DNA from: Sphyrna mokarran
Lineage: Eukaryota
Direction of reading: 5' to 3'
Assembly: GCA_024679065.1 (NCBI GenBank)
Contig: JAGIQG010000013.1
Coordinates: forward strand, 35,154,001-35,218,000
DNA: 64,000 bases
A program made the position numbers and the translations under genes. Position 1 is the stretch's first letter, and each line of letters starts with the position of its first letter. The notes beneath the pieces are model-generated. The model did no database searches and was not told the DNA's origin. It was given only the letters and a program-made list of their open reading frames with translations. Positions 61,843 to 64,000 of the stretch are shown here, piece after piece.

Positions 61843-62130
61843 TTTTAAAGTTTATTTGTTAGTGTCACAAGTAGGTGTACATTAACACTGTAATGAAGTT
61901 GTTGTGAATATCCCCTAGTCGCCACATTCCTGCAACTAGGGTACACGGAGGGAGAATTTAGCATGGCCAATGTACTTAACCAACAGACTGAGAGAGGAAA
62001 CCAGAGCAGCCAGAAGAAACCTATGCAGACATGGGGAGAATGTGCAAACTCCACAGACAGTGACCCAAGGTGGGAATTGAACCTATGTCCATGGCGCTGT
62101 GAGGTAACAGTGCTAACTACTGTGCCACCA
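61843..62130 (-). mobile_element. V-SINE, alternative tail
   Basis: Reverse-complement head, core and tail. Confidence 0.85.
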
Positions 62131-63194
62131 TCAAGGTTGAGCAACTTGATATTAGTTTGAATTGCATACCAAGTCGAAGGGAATCTCTAGGTATACAGGA
62201 GCAGTGAGCCTATCAAACAGTGTAATCAGCCAAGCACATGAAATAGACACCGCAGCCAGCAAGCCAGGAAGTAAAATGCACTGATGGTTTTTTACTTTTT
62301 AATATCATTTTACAAAGGGCAAAATAAATCATTGATTCTAACATCTGGAATCACAGTAGAAGTTGAACTATCATAAACAAGGTTTTAGAAATTTAAAACT
62401 CTGGATTTTTAAAATAACACAATGGAAAAATCTGGCATTCTACATTTATAGCATTGGTTTATCGGGGCAGATAGATAGTTCAACAGTAAAAATGAACTCG
62501 TTCAAAAAGTGCAACTTTTTCAAGGATTTCTACAGCAAATGTAATTGTGTAAAAGGTCATGTTTTTGTTATTCTGTCACTTTTACTTATTTGCAGTTTCC
62601 ATCGGCATACGTTTTGGTCCATCAAAGAATTACTGATTGCAACAACAGATAGTGAAATCTGAATTCAAGAGAAATCCGTAATTGAAGGTCTATTGATATC
62701 CATGAAACCATTGTCAGTTGTCATAAAATCCCATCTAATTCATTCATTAATATCTTTAGGGAAGGAAATCTTCCATCTTTATCTGCTGTGGCCTACAAAT
62801 GACTTCTTGTTGACTCCTGATTCACAATGTGGTTGTCTCTTAAATGTTGTCTGAAATGAACTAGCAAGCCACTTAGTTCAAGGGTAATCAGGAATGTGCA
62901 ATAATTGCTCAAACATCCATATCCCAGTTATGAACAGAAGTAAATCAACTTCTAGATTTCTACATTTAACTATATCTGTGCAGATGCCAGAAGTTGATGT
63001 CAGTTTCAGAGAAATAATGATGGTGAATACTGACAGTTACACCATCATTACTATTACTATTGCAAGATCTAAGCCATCTTCCTCTCCTGCTGGAGTAAGC
63101 ACTTCTCCGTAATTTGTGCTGTGAAGCAATTTACTTTTAAGCAGGACACCAGAATGTGCAGATCCACACACATGGTGACTCAAGCCGGGAGTTG

Positions 63195-63477
63195 AATCCG
63201 GCGCCTCTCAGCGCTAGGGACCCTGGTTTGATTCCCAGCTTGGGTCAGTGTCTGTAGGGAGTCTGCATATTCTTCCTGTGTCTGCATGGGTTTCCTCTGG
63301 ATGCTCCGGTTTCCTCCTACGATCAGAAAGATGTGCTGGTTAATCACATTGGTCATGCTAAATTCTCCCTCAGTGTACCCCAACAGGCACCGGAGTATAA
63401 CGACTGGGGGATTCACAGTAACTTCATTGCAGTGTTAATGTAAGCATGTTTATGTCACCAATAAATACACTTTTAAA
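63195..63477 (+). mobile_element. V-SINE, alternative tail
   Basis: cgcctctcagcgctagggacc through cagtaacttcattgcagtgttaatgtaagc. Confidence 0.85.
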
Positions 63478-64000
63478 CAATTCACATAACAAACTAGTCA
63501 ACATCAAATAACACTCTTCATAATTGTGGTTACATCAGTTCATCTGAAAACAGCGTGACTCAAACTCACAATCTGAGGTCTACAAAACAGACAACTTAAG
63601 CGAACCACTTCAAGAATTGTTCATTTTTTTTCCCCCGAGTCAATTAATTAATTGAGAGGATTGAGAGTCATTTGAGTAACTGTTTTGCCATGAAAAATGC
63701 AAGGAGATTAGTCAGTGATGAGCAGGATAATTTCAAATACACTGAGGTTTAGTGTGGCTCCATCTGGCCAAGAACAAAGATAGCTACGAATAAAAGCAAG
63801 ATATAGCTAAGACAGCTATGAAAACTGGATGAGAAATGGAAGAAGATTTCCTTCTGTTCCTGCTTTTACTTTTCATTGGAATAATTTGGCATTGATGCTG
63901 TTTCAGCTCTGCAATATTCATTGAGGCCATCAATGTGATGTACAACAGATATTATATCCAAAAAAACTGCCATGTTTGCATCCTTTTTGTGCAGATCTGC

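Overview
Eukaryotic (vertebrate) genomic DNA, very probably from a shark or other elasmobranch, judged from HE1-type V-SINEs, CR1/HER1, Rex1 and Penelope repeats. Two spliced genes lie on the minus strand. (1) The 5' part of TTF2: exons 1-5 reconstructed by hand (ATG at 11798, all GT-AG and phase-consistent, exon 5 runs off the window at 1), with a CpG/CCAAT/GC-box promoter at about 11.8-12.0 kb. (2) The 3' part of an EWI-family Ig gene: three V-set exons plus a transmembrane/cytoplasmic exon (40011-40261) that the ORF track missed. Its C-terminus is clearly IGSF3-type, yet it sits where CD101 sits in mammals. The rest is repeat-rich intron and intergenic DNA, and almost all short ORF-track ORFs are spurious or transposon debris. 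The most notable non-gene signals are: palindromic, non-coding Penelope-derived mini-elements carrying minimal hammerhead-ribozyme motifs, next to a truncated Penelope with inverted pseudo-LTRs; a CR1 whose 3' UTR appears to have captured a V-SINE, with one copy showing a twin-priming-like inversion; a divergent U2 snRNA-derived element; a ~330-bp local inverted duplication; and inverted SINEs flanking a symmetric Ig exon. Repeat boundaries are approximate, and family names come from recalled motifs, not database searches.
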